This document shows positions 15,301 to 30,700 of a stretch of DNA of 64,000 nucleotides, piece after piece. Below the pieces are notes generated by a model that ran no database searches, had not been told where the DNA came from, and saw only the letters and a program-made list of their open reading frames with translations. Source of the stretch: the human T2T-CHM13v2.0 reference genome, Homo sapiens; the NCBI RefSeq assembly GCF_009914755.1, contig NC_060946.1; one strand, 5' to 3'. The position numbers were made by a program, and so were the translations under genes. The stretch's first letter is position 1; the number at the start of each line of letters is the position of its first letter.

Positions 15301-18300
15301 ATTAGAATGGAATGGAATTTAGAGGAGTGGAATGGAATGGAAAGGAATGCAATGGAATGGAATGGAGTGGAATGGAATGGAATGAAATGGAATGGAGTGC
15401 AGAGGTGTGGAGGGGATGAGAGAGGATTGGAGTGGAGAGGAATGGAGTGGAATCGTGTGGAAAGAAGTGGAATAGAATGGAATCTATTGGAGTGGCATGG
15501 AATGAAATTTAGTTGAAAGGAATGGAGTGGAGTGGATTGTAATGGACTGGAATGGAATGGAGAGAAACGCAGTGGAGTGTAATGGAATGGAATGGAGTGA
15601 AATGGCATGGAGTGTAATCGAGTGGAGTTTAATGGAATGGAATGGAATGGAGTGGAGTTGAGAGGAGTGGAGTGGAGTGGAATGGATTGCACTGGAATGG
15701 AATGGAATTGAATTCAGTTGAATGGAATGGAAGGGAATGGAATAGAGAGGAATGAAGTGAAGAGGAGAGGAGTCGAATGGAATGGAGTGGAATGGATTTG
15801 AGTGGAATGTAGTGGAATGGAATGGAGTAGAATGGAGTGGATTGAAAAGGATTGGAATGGACTGGATTCGAGGGGCATGGGTGGAATGGAATGAAATGTA
15901 ATGGAGTGGAATGGAATGGAATGGAGTGTAATCGCGTGCCGTGGGTGGAATGGAATGAAATGGAATGGAGTGGAGTGGGGCGGAGTGGAATGCAATGGTG
16001 TGGAGTGGTGTGAAGTAGAGTAGAGTGGAGTGAAGTGTCTTGGAGTGGAATTGAATGGAGTAAAATGGAATGGAATGGAGTGGAGTGGAATTGAATGCAG
16101 TGGAAGGGAATGGAATGGATATGAGTGGAGTCGAATGGAATGGAGTGTAGTGAAGTGGAATGTAATGTAATGGATTGGAGTGGAGGGTAGTGGAATTTAG
16201 ATTAGTGGAGTGAAATGGAATGGAATGGAATGGAATGGAGTGGAGTGGAATGGAATGGAGTGGAATACATTGGAGTGGAATGTTGTGGAGGGGAATGGAA
16301 TGGAGTGGATTGGAAGGGAATGGAATGGAATGGAATGCAATGGAATTGAATGGAATGCAATGGAATTGAATGGAGAAGAGTGGTGTGGAGTGGAGTGGAG
16401 TGCAATGGAATGTAATGGAATGCAATGGAATGAAATGGAATGGAGAGGACGGGAGTGGTATGGATTGGAATGGAGTGGAATGTAGTTGAATGGAGTCCAT
16501 TGGAATGGAACGTAGTGGAATGGAATGGAAAGGAGTCGAGTGGATTGGAATGGAATGAAATGGAATGGAATCGAATGGAGTGAGGTGCAGTGGAATCTGA
16601 TTGAGTGGAGTAGAAGATAAGGGAATGGAAGGGGATGGAATGGACTGGTGTGGAGTGGAGTGGGGACGAGTGGAATGGAATCGAAAGGAGTGGAGTGGAA
16701 TGAAATGGAATTTAATGGACTGGAATGGAATGGAATGGAATGTAAGGACATATATTAAAGTAGAGTGGGGTCGAGTGAATGGAAATGGAATGGAAAGGAA
16801 GGGAATGGAATGGAGTGGAATCGAATGGAATACAGTGGAAAGGAATGGAGTGTAAGGGAGTGAAGAGTAGAAGAATGGAATGGAATGGAGTGGTGAGGAA
16901 AGGATCGGAATGGAATGGAATGTAGTGGAGTGGAGAGAAGTGGAGTTGGATCGAGTGGAAAGGAATGGAATGGAGGGAGTCGAATGGAATGGAATTCAAT
17001 GGAATTGAATGGAACGGAAAAGAATGGAATGGAATGGAGTGTAATGGAATGGAATGGAGTTGGGTGGAATGGAATGGAATTGAAAGGAATGGATAGGAAA
17101 AGAATGGAATGGAAGGGAAATGAGGGGAATGGATTGAAGTATAATGTAGTGGAAATTACTGGAGTGGAATAGAATGGAATGGAGTGTAGTGTAGTGGAAT
17201 AGAATGGACGGGAATGGAATGGAGTAGAATGGATTTGAATGGAATGGAATGGAACAGAGTAGAGTGGAATGGAATGGAATGGGATGGAATGGAGTGGAGT
17301 AGAGTGGAATTGAATTGAGTTGAGTGGAATGGAATGGAATGAAGTGTAGTAGAGTAGAGGGTGGTCGATAGAAATGGAATGAAATGGAATGGAATGGAAT
17401 GGAATCGAGAAGAGAGGAGTGGACGGGAAAGGAAAGGACCAGAATTGAACAGAATGGAATGCAGTGGAATGGAATGGAGTGGAATGCAAAGCAGAGGAAT
17501 GGAATGGAGTGCAATGGAGTGGAGTGGACTGGAGAGGGGTCGAGTGGATGGCAATGGAAAGGAATGGTATGGATTATAATGGTATGGAGTGTAATGAAGT
17601 GGAGTGGATTGGAATGGACTGGAATGGAGTGGAGAGGAATGGAATGGAACGGAATGGAATTAAATGGAATGGAATTGAATGAAGAGGAGGGGGTCGAGTG
17701 GAATGGAATGGAGTGGAGTAGAATGGAATGGAAAGGAGAGGAGGGGAGTCGAGTTTAATTCAATGGAGTGGAATGAGTGGAGTGGAATGGAATGGAATAG
17801 TAATGAGTGGAGTGGAATGGGATGGAGGGAAATGGAATGGATTGGAATGGAATGGATTGGGGTGGAGTGGAATAGAATGGAGTGGAGTGGAATGAAGTGG
17901 AATGGAATGCAATGGAATTATTGGTATGCAGAGCAGTGGGGTGGATTGAAATGGAACGGAATGGAGTAGAGTGGAATGCAATGGAATGGTGTGGAGTGGA
18001 ATGGAATGGAATGGAATGGAATGGAATGGAGTGTAATGGAATGGAGTGGGGTGTAGAGAACTGGAATGGAGTGGGTTGCAGTGGAACGGAATGCAATGGA
18101 ACAGAATGGAATGGAGTGGAGTGGTGTTAAAAGGAGTGGAGTGGAGTGAAATGGAATGGAATAGAATGAACCAGAATGTTTAGGAGTGTAGTGGAATGGA
18201 AATGAATGGAGACGAATGGAGTGGAATGGAGAGGAGTGGAGTGGAATGGAGTGGAAAAGAGTGGAGTGGAGTGGAATAGAAAGGAGTGGAGTGGAGTGGA

Positions 18301-21300
18301 ATGGAATGGAATGGAATGAAATTGAATGGAGTGGAGTGGAATGGCGTGGAGTGCACAGTAATGGACTTGAATGTAATGGAATCGAATGGAATGGAGGGGA
18401 CATGTGGGGAATGGAGTAGAATGGAATGGAATGTAGTGGAGTGGAGTGGATTGCAATGGAATGTAGAGGAATGCAATGGAAGGGAGTGGAAGAGAATAGA
18501 AAGGAATGGAAAGAAATGGAATGGAATGGAATGGAATGGAATGGAATGCAATGGAATGGAATGCAATGGAATGGAATGGAATGGAATGTAGTTTAATGCA
18601 GAGGAATGGAGTGGAATGGAATGGAATGAGGTGGAATTGAACGTAAAGTAGGGGATTGGAGTGGAATTGAATGGTGTGAAATAGATTGGAATGGAGTGGA
18701 ATGGAATGAAATGGAAAGCAATGGAAACGAATAGATTGGAATGGAAAGGAATGGAATGGAATGGAATAGAATGGAAGGGAAAGGAATGGAAAGGTATGGA
18801 ATGGAAAGAAATGGAATAGAATGGAATGGAATAGCGAGGACGGGAGTGGAGTGGAATGGAATGGAGTGGAATGAGTAGAGTGGAATGGAATGGAATTGAA
18901 TTGAACGGAGTTGAATGGAATTGAGTGCAATGGAATTGATTGGTATGGAATGGATTGGAGTGGAATGGAATGGAATGGATTGGAGTGAATTGGAATGGAA
19001 TGGAATGTAGTGGAATGAAGGGCAGTGGTGTGGATTGGAATGGAATGGAGTGGAGTCAAGTGGAATGGAATGGATCGGAGTAGAATGGAATGGAATGGTG
19101 TAGAGTGGAAAGGAATCGAATGGAATGCAATGGAATGGACTGGACTACAATGTGCAGGAGGAGCGTGGAGTGGAATGGAATGGAGTGGAATGGCGTGGAA
19201 TGGAGTGGAGTGGAATGGAATGGAATGGAATGGTGTGGAATGGAATGGTATGGAATGGAATGGTATAGAGCGGAATGGAATGGAGTTGAGTGGAGTGGAA
19301 TGGAGTGGAGTGGAATTGAGTAGAATGGAATGGAAGGAAACGGAGTGTGGTGGAATGGAATGGAATGGAATTGAGTGGAGTGGAATGTAATCGAATGGAA
19401 AGGAGTGGAGTGGAATAGAATGGAGGGGAGAGGAGTGGAATTGAATGGAATGGAATGAAATAGAGTGGAGTGGAATGAAATGGAATGGAATGGAATGGAA
19501 GGGAAGGGAATGGAGAGGAGAGGAATGGAGTGGAATTGAATGGGGTGGAATGGAATGGAATGGAATGGAGTAGAGTTGAATGGAACGGAATGGAGTGGAA
19601 TGGAATGGAGTGGAATGGCGTGGAATGGAGTGGAGTGGAATGGAATGAAATGGAATGTTGTGGAGTTGAATGTTATGGAGAGGACTTTTATGGAGAGGAA
19701 TGGAATGGAGTTCACTGGAGTGGAATGGAGGGGAGTAGAATGGAGTAGAATGGAATGGAATGAAATGGAGTGTGGTGAAATGGAATGGGATGGAATGGAA
19801 AGGATTGTTGCAGAATGGAATGCAGTGGAATGGAATGGAATGGAATGGAATGGAATTGATTGGAGAGGAAGGGATTGGGGTAGAAGGGAATAGGGTGGAG
19901 TAGAATGGAATGGAGTGGAATAGAATGGAGTGGAGCTTAATGGAATGGAGTGGAGTGGAATGGAATGAAGTGGAATGGAGTGGAGTGTAATGGAAAGGAA
20001 CGGATTGCAGTGGAATGGAATGGAATGCAAAAAAATGGAGTGGAATGGAATTGAATGGACTGGAGTAGAGTGGAATGGAATGGAATGGAAAGGAGTCGAG
20101 TGGAATGGAGTGGAGTGGAGTGGAATGGAATGGAAAGGAGTCGAGTGGAATGGAGTGGAGTGGAGTGCAATGGAATGGAAAGGAATGGAATGGAATGGAA
20201 CGAAGAGGAATGGAATGGAATTTAATGGAGTGGAGTGTAATGGAGTGGAATGGAATGAAGTTAAATATAGTGGAGTGGAATGGATTGCAAATGAATGGAG
20301 TGGAATGGAATGGAACGGACTGGAGTGGAATGGAATGGAGTGGAATCGAGGGAAGTGGAATGGAATGGAATGGAATAGAGTGCAATGGAATGGAATAGAA
20401 AGGAATGGAATGGAATGGATAGGAATAAAGTGGAAAGGTGTAGAGTGGAGAGGATTGGAATGGAATGGAATGGACCAGAAAGTAATGGAATGTATTGCAG
20501 GCGAATGGATTGGAGTGGAATGGAATGGCATGGAACACAGAGGAATGGAATGGAGTGGAATGAAATGGACTGGAATGGAATGGATTGAAATTTAATGGAG
20601 TTGAGTGGAATGCAATGGAGTGGAGAGGAGTGGAGTGGAGTAGGATCGAGGGGATGAGAATATAATGGAATGGAATGAAATGGACTTAAATGGAGGGGAG
20701 TGGAGTGGAATGTAATGGAGTGGAGTCGAATGGAATGGAATGGAGAGGAATGGAATGCAATGGATAGGAATGGAATGGAATGGAATGGAATGGAATGGAA
20801 TGGAATAGAGAGGAGGAGTGTGGAGTTAAATGGAATGGAGTAGAATGAGAGGAGTAGTATGGAACTGAAAGGAATTGAATGGTGTTGAATGGAATGCAGT
20901 GGAATGGAATGGAATGGAATGGAATGGAATGGAATGGAATGGAATGGAATGGATTGAAGTGGTTTGGAGTGGAGTGGAACGGACAGAATTTTATTGCAGT
21001 GGAATGAAACGAAATGGAGTGGAAAGGAATGGAGTGTATTGGAGAGAAGTGGAATGGAATGGAATGGAGTGGAATGGAATGGAATGGATTGGAATGGAAT
21101 GGAGTGGAATGGAATGGCATGGAATGGAATGGAATGGAGTGGAGTGGAATGGAATGGAATGGAGTGCGTTGTAATGGATTGGAATAGAATGGAATGGAAT
21201 GGAGTGGAGTGGAATGGAGTGGAGTGGTGTGTACTGGAATGGAATGGAGTGGACTGAAGTTGAATAGAATAGAATGGAATGCAAACGAGTAAAGTGGAGT

Positions 21301-22084
21301 AGAATAAAGAGGAGTGGAGTTAAATGGAATTCAATGGAATGGAATGGAATGGAAAGGAAGGGAATGGAATAGAATGGAATGGAGTAGGATGGAATGGAAT
21401 GGAACTGAGTGTAATGGAGTTGAGTGGAGTTGACTGGCATGGAATGGAGTGGAACAGAGTGTAGTGTAGTGGAGTGGAGTGGAGTGGAATGGTAAGGAAT
21501 TGAATAGAATGGAATGGAATGGAATGGAATGCAGTGGAGTTGAATGGAGTGGAGTGTCGTGGAATCGAATGCAATGGAATGCAATGTAATAGAACGGAAA
21601 GGAATGGAGAGGAGGATAGTGGAGTGGAATGGAATGGAGTGGAATGGAATGGAGTGGAATGTAACGGTATGGAGTAGATTGGAAAGGAATGTAGTGGAAT
21701 GTAATGGAAAGTGTGGAATGGAATGGAATGGAATGGAATGGAATGGAATGGAATGGAAGGGATTGGGGTGGGGTGGAATGGAATTGACTCGAGTGGAAGT
21801 TAATTGAATTGAATGGAACAGAGTGAAATGAAACGGAATGGAATAGAATTGAATGGAATGGAGTGGAATGCTAAGGAGTGGAGTGGTGTGGAGTGGAATG
21901 GAATGGAATGGAGTAGAGGGGATTGGAATGAAAGGGAGTGTAGTGGAATGGAATGGAGTGGAATGGAACAGAGTGGAGGAGAATGGAGTTGTATGGAATG
22001 GAATGGAGTGTAGTGGATTAGAATGCAATGGAACGGAGTGTTGTGGAATGGAATGGTATGGAATGGAACGCAATGTAGTGGAAT

Positions 22085-22515
22085 TGAATGGAATGGAATG
22101 GTGTGGAGTGCAATGCAATGGAGTGGAGTGCAGTGGAATGGAATGGAATGGAATGCAATGGAACGGAATGAACTGCAATGGAATGGAATGGAGTCGAGCA
22201 GAATGCAATGGAATGGAATGGAAAGAATGGAATGCAATGGAGTGGAGTGGAATTGAATGGAATGGAATGGAATGAAATGGAATGGTATGGAGAGGAAAGG
22301 AGTGGAATGGAATGGTGTGGAGTGCAATGCAATGGAGTGGAGTGCAGTGGAATGGAATGGAATGGAATGCAATGGAATGGAATGAACTGCAATGGAATGG
22401 AAAGGAGTCGAGCAGAATGCAATGGAATGGAATGGAATGGAAAGAATGGAATGCAATGGAGTGGAGTGGAATGGAATGGAATGGAATAGAATGAAATGGA
22501 ATGGTATGGAGAGGA
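22085..22515 (+). repeat. ~214-bp tandem duplication private to copy A
   Basis: AACTGCAATG at 22171/22385 and GAGTCGAGCAG at 22191/22405. The homologous stretch in copy B (~25640-25850) is present once. Confidence 0.85.
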
Positions 22516-24410
22516 ATGGAGTGCAATGGAATTAAGTGTAATTGATTGGAGTGGAAGGGAATGGAATGGATTGGAGTGGAATGGAATAGAATGGAATGGA
22601 ATGGAGTGGAGTGGAATGGAGTGGAGTGATGTGCAATGGAATGAATTGGAATGGAATGGAATGGAATGGAGTGGGATGGAGTGGAGTGGATTGGAGTGGA
22701 ATGGAATGGAATGGATTGGAGTGGAGCAGAATTTAATGGAATGGAATGGAATGGAATGGAATGGAATGGAATGGAATGGAACGGAGTGGAGTGGAATGGA
22801 GTGGAGTGGATTGGAAAGGAATGGAATGGAGAGGAGGGATGTGGAGTGGAATGGAATGGAGTGAAATATAGTGGTGTGGAGTGGAGTGGAAAGGAACGTA
22901 GTGGAATGGAATGGAAAGGAGTGGAAGAGAATGGAATGGCATGGAATGCAATGGAATGGAGTGGGGTTTAGTAGAATGGTGCTGTGCGGACTGGTATAGA
23001 ACGGAATGGAATGTAACGGATTGGAATGAAGTGGAGTGGAGTGGAATGGCATGCAATGGAGTGGAGTGGAATGGAACGGAATGGAATAGCATGGAGTAGA
23101 ATGGAATGTAAGGGAGGGGAGTGGAGTTAAACGGAATAGAGTGGAATGGCATGGAGTGGACTGGAGTGGAATGGAATGGAATGGAGTGGAAAGGAATAGT
23201 ATGGAATGGAATGGAGTGAAATGGAATGGAGTTGAGTGAAATGGAGGGGATTGGAATGGATAAGGGTGTTATAGAATGGAATTGAGTCTGGTGGAATATA
23301 ATGGAATTGGAATAGAATGTTGTCGAGTGGAGTGGAATGGAATTGAGTGGAATGGTGTGGAGTGGAAAGGAATGGAATGGAATGGGGTGGAGTGGAATTG
23401 AATAGAATGGAAAGGAATGGAGTGGAGTGAATGGAGTGGAGTGGATTTAAATGGAATGTATTGGAATGGAATGGAAAGCAATGGAATGGGGTGGAATGGA
23501 ATGGAATGGAATGCAATGGTGTGGAATGGAGTCGAGTGAATTGGATTGGAGTGGAATTGAGTGGAGTGGAGTGGAATTGAGTGGAGTGGAGTGGAATGGA
23601 ATGGAATGGAATCGAATCGAATCGAATCGAGTGGAGAAGAATGGAGTGGAGTGGATTATAATGGAATGGAATGGAATGGAGAGGAGCGGTGTGGAGTGGA
23701 ATGGAATGGAGTGAAATATAGTGGAGTGGAGTGGAATTGAATGCATTGTAGTGGAATGGAATGGAAAGGAGTGGAATGTAATGCAACGGAATGGAATGAA
23801 ATGGAATGCAATGGAATGGAGTGAGATTCAGTGGAATGGTATTGAGTGGAGTGTTATAGAACGGAATGTAATGGAGTGGTGTGAAGTGCAATGGAGTGGA
23901 ATGGAATGGAATGGAGTGGAGTTACATGGATTGGAATGGAAAAGAATGGAGTGGATTGGAAAGGAATGGAATGGTATGGAATGAAATGGAGTGGCATTGA
24001 AGAGAGATGAGTGGAATGGAGTGGAGTGGAATGGAGTAGAGTGGCATGGAAAGAAATTGAGTCCGAAGGAATGGAATGGAATGGAGTGGAATGGAGTGTA
24101 GTAGAATGGAATGGAACGGATTGTAGTGGAATGGAATCGAATGGAACGGAATTCAGTGGAGTGGAATGGACTAGTATGGAATGGAGTGGAATGGAAGGGA
24201 ATGGAATAAAATGGAATGGAATGGAATGCAATAGAATGGAATGGTAAGGAATTTAACTAAATGAAACAGAATGGAATGGAATGGAATCGGGTGGAGTGGA
24301 ATGGAAATGAGTGGAGTGGAGATAATGGAATCGAATGGAATGGAGTGGACTGGAGTGGAGTGTGAAGGAGTGGAATGGAATGGAATGGAGTGGAGTGGAA
24401 TGGAATGGAA

Positions 24411-24936
24411 TGAAATTCCATAAAATGGAATGGAATGGAATGAAATTCCATAAAATGGAATGGAATGGAATGAAATTCCATAAAATGGAATGGAATGGAA
24501 TGAAATTCCATGGAATGGAATGGAATGAAATTCCATGGAATGGAATGGAATGAAATTCCATGGAATGGAATGGAATGAAATTCCATGGAAGGGAATGGTA
24601 TGGAATGAAATTCCATGGAAGGGAATGGAATGGAATGAAATTATATGGAATGGAATGGAATGAAATTCCATGGAATGGAATGCAATGGAATGGAATGAAA
24701 TTCCATGGACGGGAATGGAATGGAATGAAATTCCATGGAAGGGAATGGAATGGAATGAAATTCCATGGAAGGGAATGGAATGGAATGAAATTCCATGGAA
24801 GGGAATGGAATGGAATGAAATTCCATGGAAGGGAATGGAATGGAATGAAATTCCATGGAAGGGAATGGAATGGAATGAAATTCCATGGAATGGAATGGAA
24901 TGAAATTCCATGGAATGGAATGGAATGAAATTCCAT
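24411..24936 (+). repeat. Young sub-array 1: (GGAAT)k-GAAAT-TCCAT units, ~19 copies, mostly 25-30 bp
   Basis: TGAAATTCCAT at 24411, 24441, 24471, 24501, 24526 ... 24926. Private variants are TCCAT-AAAAT (x3) and TCCAT-GGAAG-GGAAT (~7 copies). Confidence 0.95.
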
Positions 24937-27706
24937 GGAATGGAATGGAATGGAGTGGAATGGAGTGGAATGGAATGGAATGGAGTGGAATGGAGTGGAA
25001 AGATTGGAATGGAATGGAATGGAGTGGAATGGAGTGGAATGGAATGGAATGGAATGGGTAAGGTGTAATAGTATGGAATGGAATGGAATGGAATGGAATG
25101 GAATGGAGTGGAATGGAGTCGAGTGGAATGGAATGGAATCGAAATGAGTGTAGTGGAAAGGAATGGAATGGTTAGGAATGGATTGGAAAGGAATAGAATA
25201 TAGTGGACGGGAGTGGAGTGTAATGGAGGTGTGAGGAATGGAGTGGAGGGGAGGTGAATGGAATGCAACGGAATGGAATGGAAAGGAATGGAATGCAATT
25301 GAATGGTATGGAGTGGAATGGAATGGAATGGAAAGGAGTAGAGTGGATTGGAATGAAAGGGAGTGTAATGGAAAGGAATGGAGCAGAGTGGAATGAAGTG
25401 GAGTGGATTGGAATAGTATGGAATGGAATGGAGTGTAGTTGATTAGAATGGAATGGAATGGAGTGTAGTGGAATGGTATGGTATGGAATAGAATGCAGAG
25501 TAGTGGAATTACGTGTAATGGAATGGTGTGGAGTGGAATCCAATGGAGTGGAATTGAATGGAATGGAATGGAACGGAACAGAGTGTAGTGGAATGGTATT
25601 GTATGGAATAGAACTCAGTGAAGTGCAATTGAATGGAATGGAATGGTGTGGAGTGCAATGCAATGGAGTGGAGGGCAGGAGTATGGAATGCAATGGAATA
25701 CAATGGAATGGAACGAACTGCAATGGAATGGAATGGAGTGGAGCAGAATGCAATGGAATGGAATGGAATGGAAAGAATGGAATGCAATGGAGTGGAGTGG
25801 AGTTGAATGGAATGGAATGGAAGGGAATGAAATGGAATGATATGGAGAGGAGTGGAGTGGAAGGGAATTAAGTGGAATTGATTGGAGTGGAATGGAATGG
25901 AATCGATAGGAGTGGAATGGAATTGAATAGAATGGAATGGAATGGAGTGGAGTGGAATGTAGTGGAGTGATGTGCAATGGAATTAATTGGAATAGAATGG
26001 AATGGAATGGAGTGGAAAGGAATGGAATGGAGTGGGGTGGAGTGGAGTGTATTGGAGTGGAATGGAATGGAATGGAATTGATTGGAGTGGATTGGAATTT
26101 AATGGAATGGAATGGAATGGAACAGAACGGAGTGGAGTGGAATGGAGAGGAGTGGATTGGAAAGGAAAGGAATGGAGAGGAGGGATGTGGAGTGGAATGG
26201 AATGGAGTGAAATATAGTGTTGTGGAGTGGACTGGAATCTAATGTAGTGGAATGGAATGGGAAGGAATGGTATGGAATGGAATTGCATGGAATGCAATGG
26301 AATGGAGTGGGGTTTAGTAGAATGGTGTTGTGCGGGGTGATATAGAACAGAATGGAATGTAATGGATTGGAACGAAGTGGAGTGGAGTGGAATGGCATGC
26401 AATGGAGTGGAGTGGAATTCAACGGAATGGAATAGAGTGCAGTGGAATGGAATTTAAAGGAGGGGAGTGGAGTTAAATGCAATAGAGTGGAATGGCATGG
26501 AGTGGACTGGAGTGGAATGGAATGGAATGGAGTGGAGAAGAATAGTATGGAATGCAATGGAGTGAAATGCAATGGAGTTGAGTGGAATAGAGGGGAGTTT
26601 AATGGAGACAAGTGTAATTGAATGGAATTGAGTCTGGTGGAATCTAATGGAATTGGAATACAGTGGTGTCAAGTGGAGTGGAATGGAATTGAGAGGAATG
26701 GAGTGGAGTGGAAAGGAATGGAATGGAATGGGTTGGAATGGAATTGAATGGAATAGAAGGGAATGGTGTGGAGTGGAATGGACTGGAGTGGATTTAAAGG
26801 GAATATAATGGAATGGAATGGAACACAATGGAATGGGGTGGAATGGAAAGGAATGGAATGCCATGGAGTGGAATGGGGTCGAGGGAATTGGATTGGAGTG
26901 GAATGGAATGGAGTGGAGTGGAGTGGAATGGGATGGAATCGAATCGAATGGAGTGGAGTGGAGTGGATTAGAATGGAATGGAATGGAATGGAGAGGAGGG
27001 GTGTGGAGTGGAATGGAATGGAGTGAAATATAGTGGAGTGGAGTGGATTGGAATGCAATGTAGTGGAAAGGAATGGAAAGGAGTGGAATATAATGGAATG
27101 GAAAGGAATGAAATGGAATGGAGAGGGATTCAGTGGAATGGTGTTGAGTGGAGTGTTATAGAACGGAATGTAATGGAGTGGTGTAAAGTGCAGTGGAGTG
27201 GAGTGGATGGAATGGAGTGGAGTGGCATGGATTGGAAAGGAAAAGAATGGAATGAAATGGAATGGAATGGAGTGGAGTGGAGTGGAATGCAGTGGAATGG
27301 AAGAGAGTTGACTGGAATGGAGTGGAGTGGAATGGAGTAGAGTGGAATGGAAAGAAATTGAGTCTGATGGAATGAAAAGGAATGGAGTGGAATGGAGGGG
27401 AGTTGAATGGAATGGAACGGATTGTAGTGGAATGGAATCGAATGGAATGGAATTCAGTGGAGTGGAATGGACTACTATGGAATGGAGTGGAATGGAATGG
27501 AATGGAATAGAATGGAATGGAATGGAATAGAATGGAACAGAAAGGAATTTAATGAAATGAAACAGAATGGAATGGAATGGAGTTGGGTGGAGTGGAATGG
27601 AAATGAGTAGAGTGGAGATAATGGAATCGAATGGAATGGAGCGGAGTCGAGTGGAGTGTGAACGAGTGGAATGAAATGGAATGGAGTGGAGTGGAATGAA
27701 ATGGAA

Positions 27707-30700
27707 TGAAATTCCATGGAATGGAATGCAATTGAATGATAATGAAATTCCATGGAATGGAATAGAATGGAATGAAATTCCATGGAATGAAATAATTACG
27801 TGGAACGGAATGGAATGGAATGAAATTCCACGGAGTGGAATGGAATGGAATGAAATTCCACGGAGTGGAATGGAATGGAATGAAATTCCACGGAGTGGAA
27901 TGGAATGGAATGAAATTCCACGGAGTGGAATGGAATGAAATTCCACGGAGTGGAATGGAATGGAATGGAATTCCACGGAGTGGAATGGAATGGAATGGAA
28001 TTCCACGGAGTGGAATGGAATGGAATGAAATTCCACGGAGTGGAATGGAATGGAATGAAATTCCACGGAGTGGAATGGAATGGAATGGAATGAAATTCCA
28101 CGGAGTGGAATGGAATGGAATGAAATTCCACGGAGTGGAATGGAATGGAATGGAATGGAATGGAATGGAATGGAATGAAATTCCACGGAGTGAAATGGAA
28201 TGGAATGGAATGGAATGGAATGGAATGGAATGAAATTCCACGGAGTGGAATGGAATGGAATGAAATTCCACGGAGTGGAATGGAATGGAATGGAATGGAA
28301 TGGAATGGAATGAAATTCCACGGAGTGGAATGGAATGGAATGGAATGGAATGGAATGAAATTCCACGGAGTGGAATGGAATGGAATGGAATGGAATGGAA
28401 TGGAATGAAATTCCACGGAGTGGAATGGAATGGAATGGAATGGAATGGAATGGAATGGAATGAAATTCCACGGAGTGGAATGGAATGGAATGGAATGGAA
28501 TTCCACGGAGTGGAATGGAACGGAATGGAATGAAATTCCACGGAGTGGAATGGAATGGAATGGAATGAAATTCCACGGAGTGGAATGGAACGGAATGGAA
28601 TGAAATTCCATGGATGGAATGAAATTCCATGGAATGGAATGGAATGGAACGAAATTCCATGGAATGGAATGGAATGGAACGAAATTCCATGGAATGGAAT
28701 GGAATGGAACGAAATTCCATGGAATGGAATGGAATGGAACGAAATTCCATGGAATGGAATGGAATGGAACGAAATTCCATGGAATGGAATGGAATGGAAT
28801 GGAATGGAATGGAATGAAATTCCATGGAATGGAATGGAATGGAATGGAATGAAATTCCATGGAATGGAATGGAATGAAATTCCATGGAATGGAATAGAAT
28901 GGAATGGAATGAAATTCCATGGAATGGAATGGAATGGAATGAAATTCCATGGAATGGAATGGAATGGAATGAAATTCCATGGAATGGAATGGAATGGAAT
29001 GGAATGGAATGGAATGGAATGGAATGGAATTCCATGGAATGGAATGGAATGGAATGGAATGGAATGGAATGGAATGGAATTCCATGGAATGGAATGGAAT
29101 GGAATGGAATGGAATGGAATGGAATGAAATTCCATGGAATGGAATGGAATGGAATGGAATTCCATGGAATGGAATGGAATGGAATGGAATGGAATGGAAT
29201 GGAATGAAATTCCATGGAATGGAATGGAATGGAATGGAATGAAATTCCATGGAATGGAATGGAATGGAATGGAATGGAATGGAATGAAATTCCATGGAAT
29301 GGAATGGAATGGAATGGAATGGAATGGAATGGAATGGAATGGAATGAAATTCCATGGAATGGAATGGAATGGAAAAGAATGGAATGGAATGAAATTCCAT
29401 GGAATGGAATGGAATGGAATGGAATGAAATTCCACGGAATGGAATGGAATGGAATGGAATGAAATTCCACGGAATGGAATGGAATGGAATGGAATGAAAT
29501 TCCACGGAATGGAATGGAATGGAATGGAATGAAATTCCACGGAATGGAATGGAATGGAATGGAATGAAATTCCACGGAATGGAATGGAATGGAATGGAAT
29601 GAAATTCCATGGAATGGAATGGAATGGAATGGAATGAAATTCCATGGAATGGAATGGAATGGAATGGAATGAAATTCCATGGAATGGAATGGAATGGAAT
29701 GGAATGAAATTCCATGGAATGGAATGGAATGGAATGGAATGAAATTCCATGGAATGGAATGGAATGGAATGGAATGGAATGAAATTCCATGGAATGGAAT
29801 GGAATGGAATGGAATGGAATGAAATTCCATGGAATGGAATGGAATGGAATGGAATGGAATGAAATTCCATGGAATGGAATGGAATGAAATTCCATGGAAT
29901 GGAATGGAATGAAATTCCATGGAATGGAATGGAATGGAATGGAATGGAATGAAATTCCATGGAATGGAATGGAATGAAATTCCATGGAATGGAATGGAAT
30001 GGAATGGAATGGAATGAAATTCCATGGAATGGAATGGAATGGAATGGAATGAAATTCCATGGAATGGAATGGAATGGAATGGAATGGAATGGAATGAAAT
30101 TCCATGGAATGGAATGGAATGGAATGGAATGAAATTCCATGGAATGGAATGGAATGGAATGGAATGAAATTCCATGGAATGGAATGGAATGGAATGAAAT
30201 TCCATGGAATGGAATGGAATGGAATGAAATTCCATGGAATGGAATGGAATGGAATGAAATTCCATGGAATGGAATGAAATTCCATGGAATGGAATGGAAT
30301 GGAATGGAATGGAATGAAATTCCATGGAATGGAATGGAATGGAATGGAATGGAATGAAATTCCATGGAATGGAATGGAATGGAATGGAATGGAATGAAAT
30401 TCCATGGAATGGAATGGAATGGAATGGAATGGAATGGAATGAAATTCCATGGAATGGAACGGAATGGAATGAAATTCCATGGAATGGAACGGAATGGAAT
30501 GAAATTCCATGGAATGGAATGGAATGGAATGGAATGAAATTCCATGGAATGGAATGGAATGGGATGGAATGAAATTCCATGGAATGGAATGGAATGGAAT
30601 GAAATTCCATGGAATGGAATGGAATGAAATGAAATTCCATGGAATGGAATGGAGTGGAATGGAATGGAATGGAATGAAATTTCATGGAATGGAATGGAAT

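Larger units (their letters stand above)
1380..16100 (+). repeat. Diverged higher-order repeat, ~6-8 kb spacing, at least 2-3 partial copies
   Basis: Rare marker words recur in the same order: AATCGTG at 1432/9316/15451; GGA(T/C)TGCACTGG at 1675/9549/15684; CGTGGGTGGAAT at 1867/9835/15940; GCAGAAGA at 5551/12096; GTGGAGGACA at 5839/12497; GAGCATAAT at 6161/12810; TAAAGAAATGG at 6731/13354; GAGGTCGACTGGA at 6835/13458; CAGTGAAGTGGAATTTA at 8896/14985. Confidence 0.75.

Noticed and set aside
23611-23632. (CGAAT)4 run and similar CGAAT clusters (~60905-60930) suggesting HSat2
   Set aside because: They are too short and isolated, with no regular HSat2-type 23/26-bp CpG-rich periodicity.
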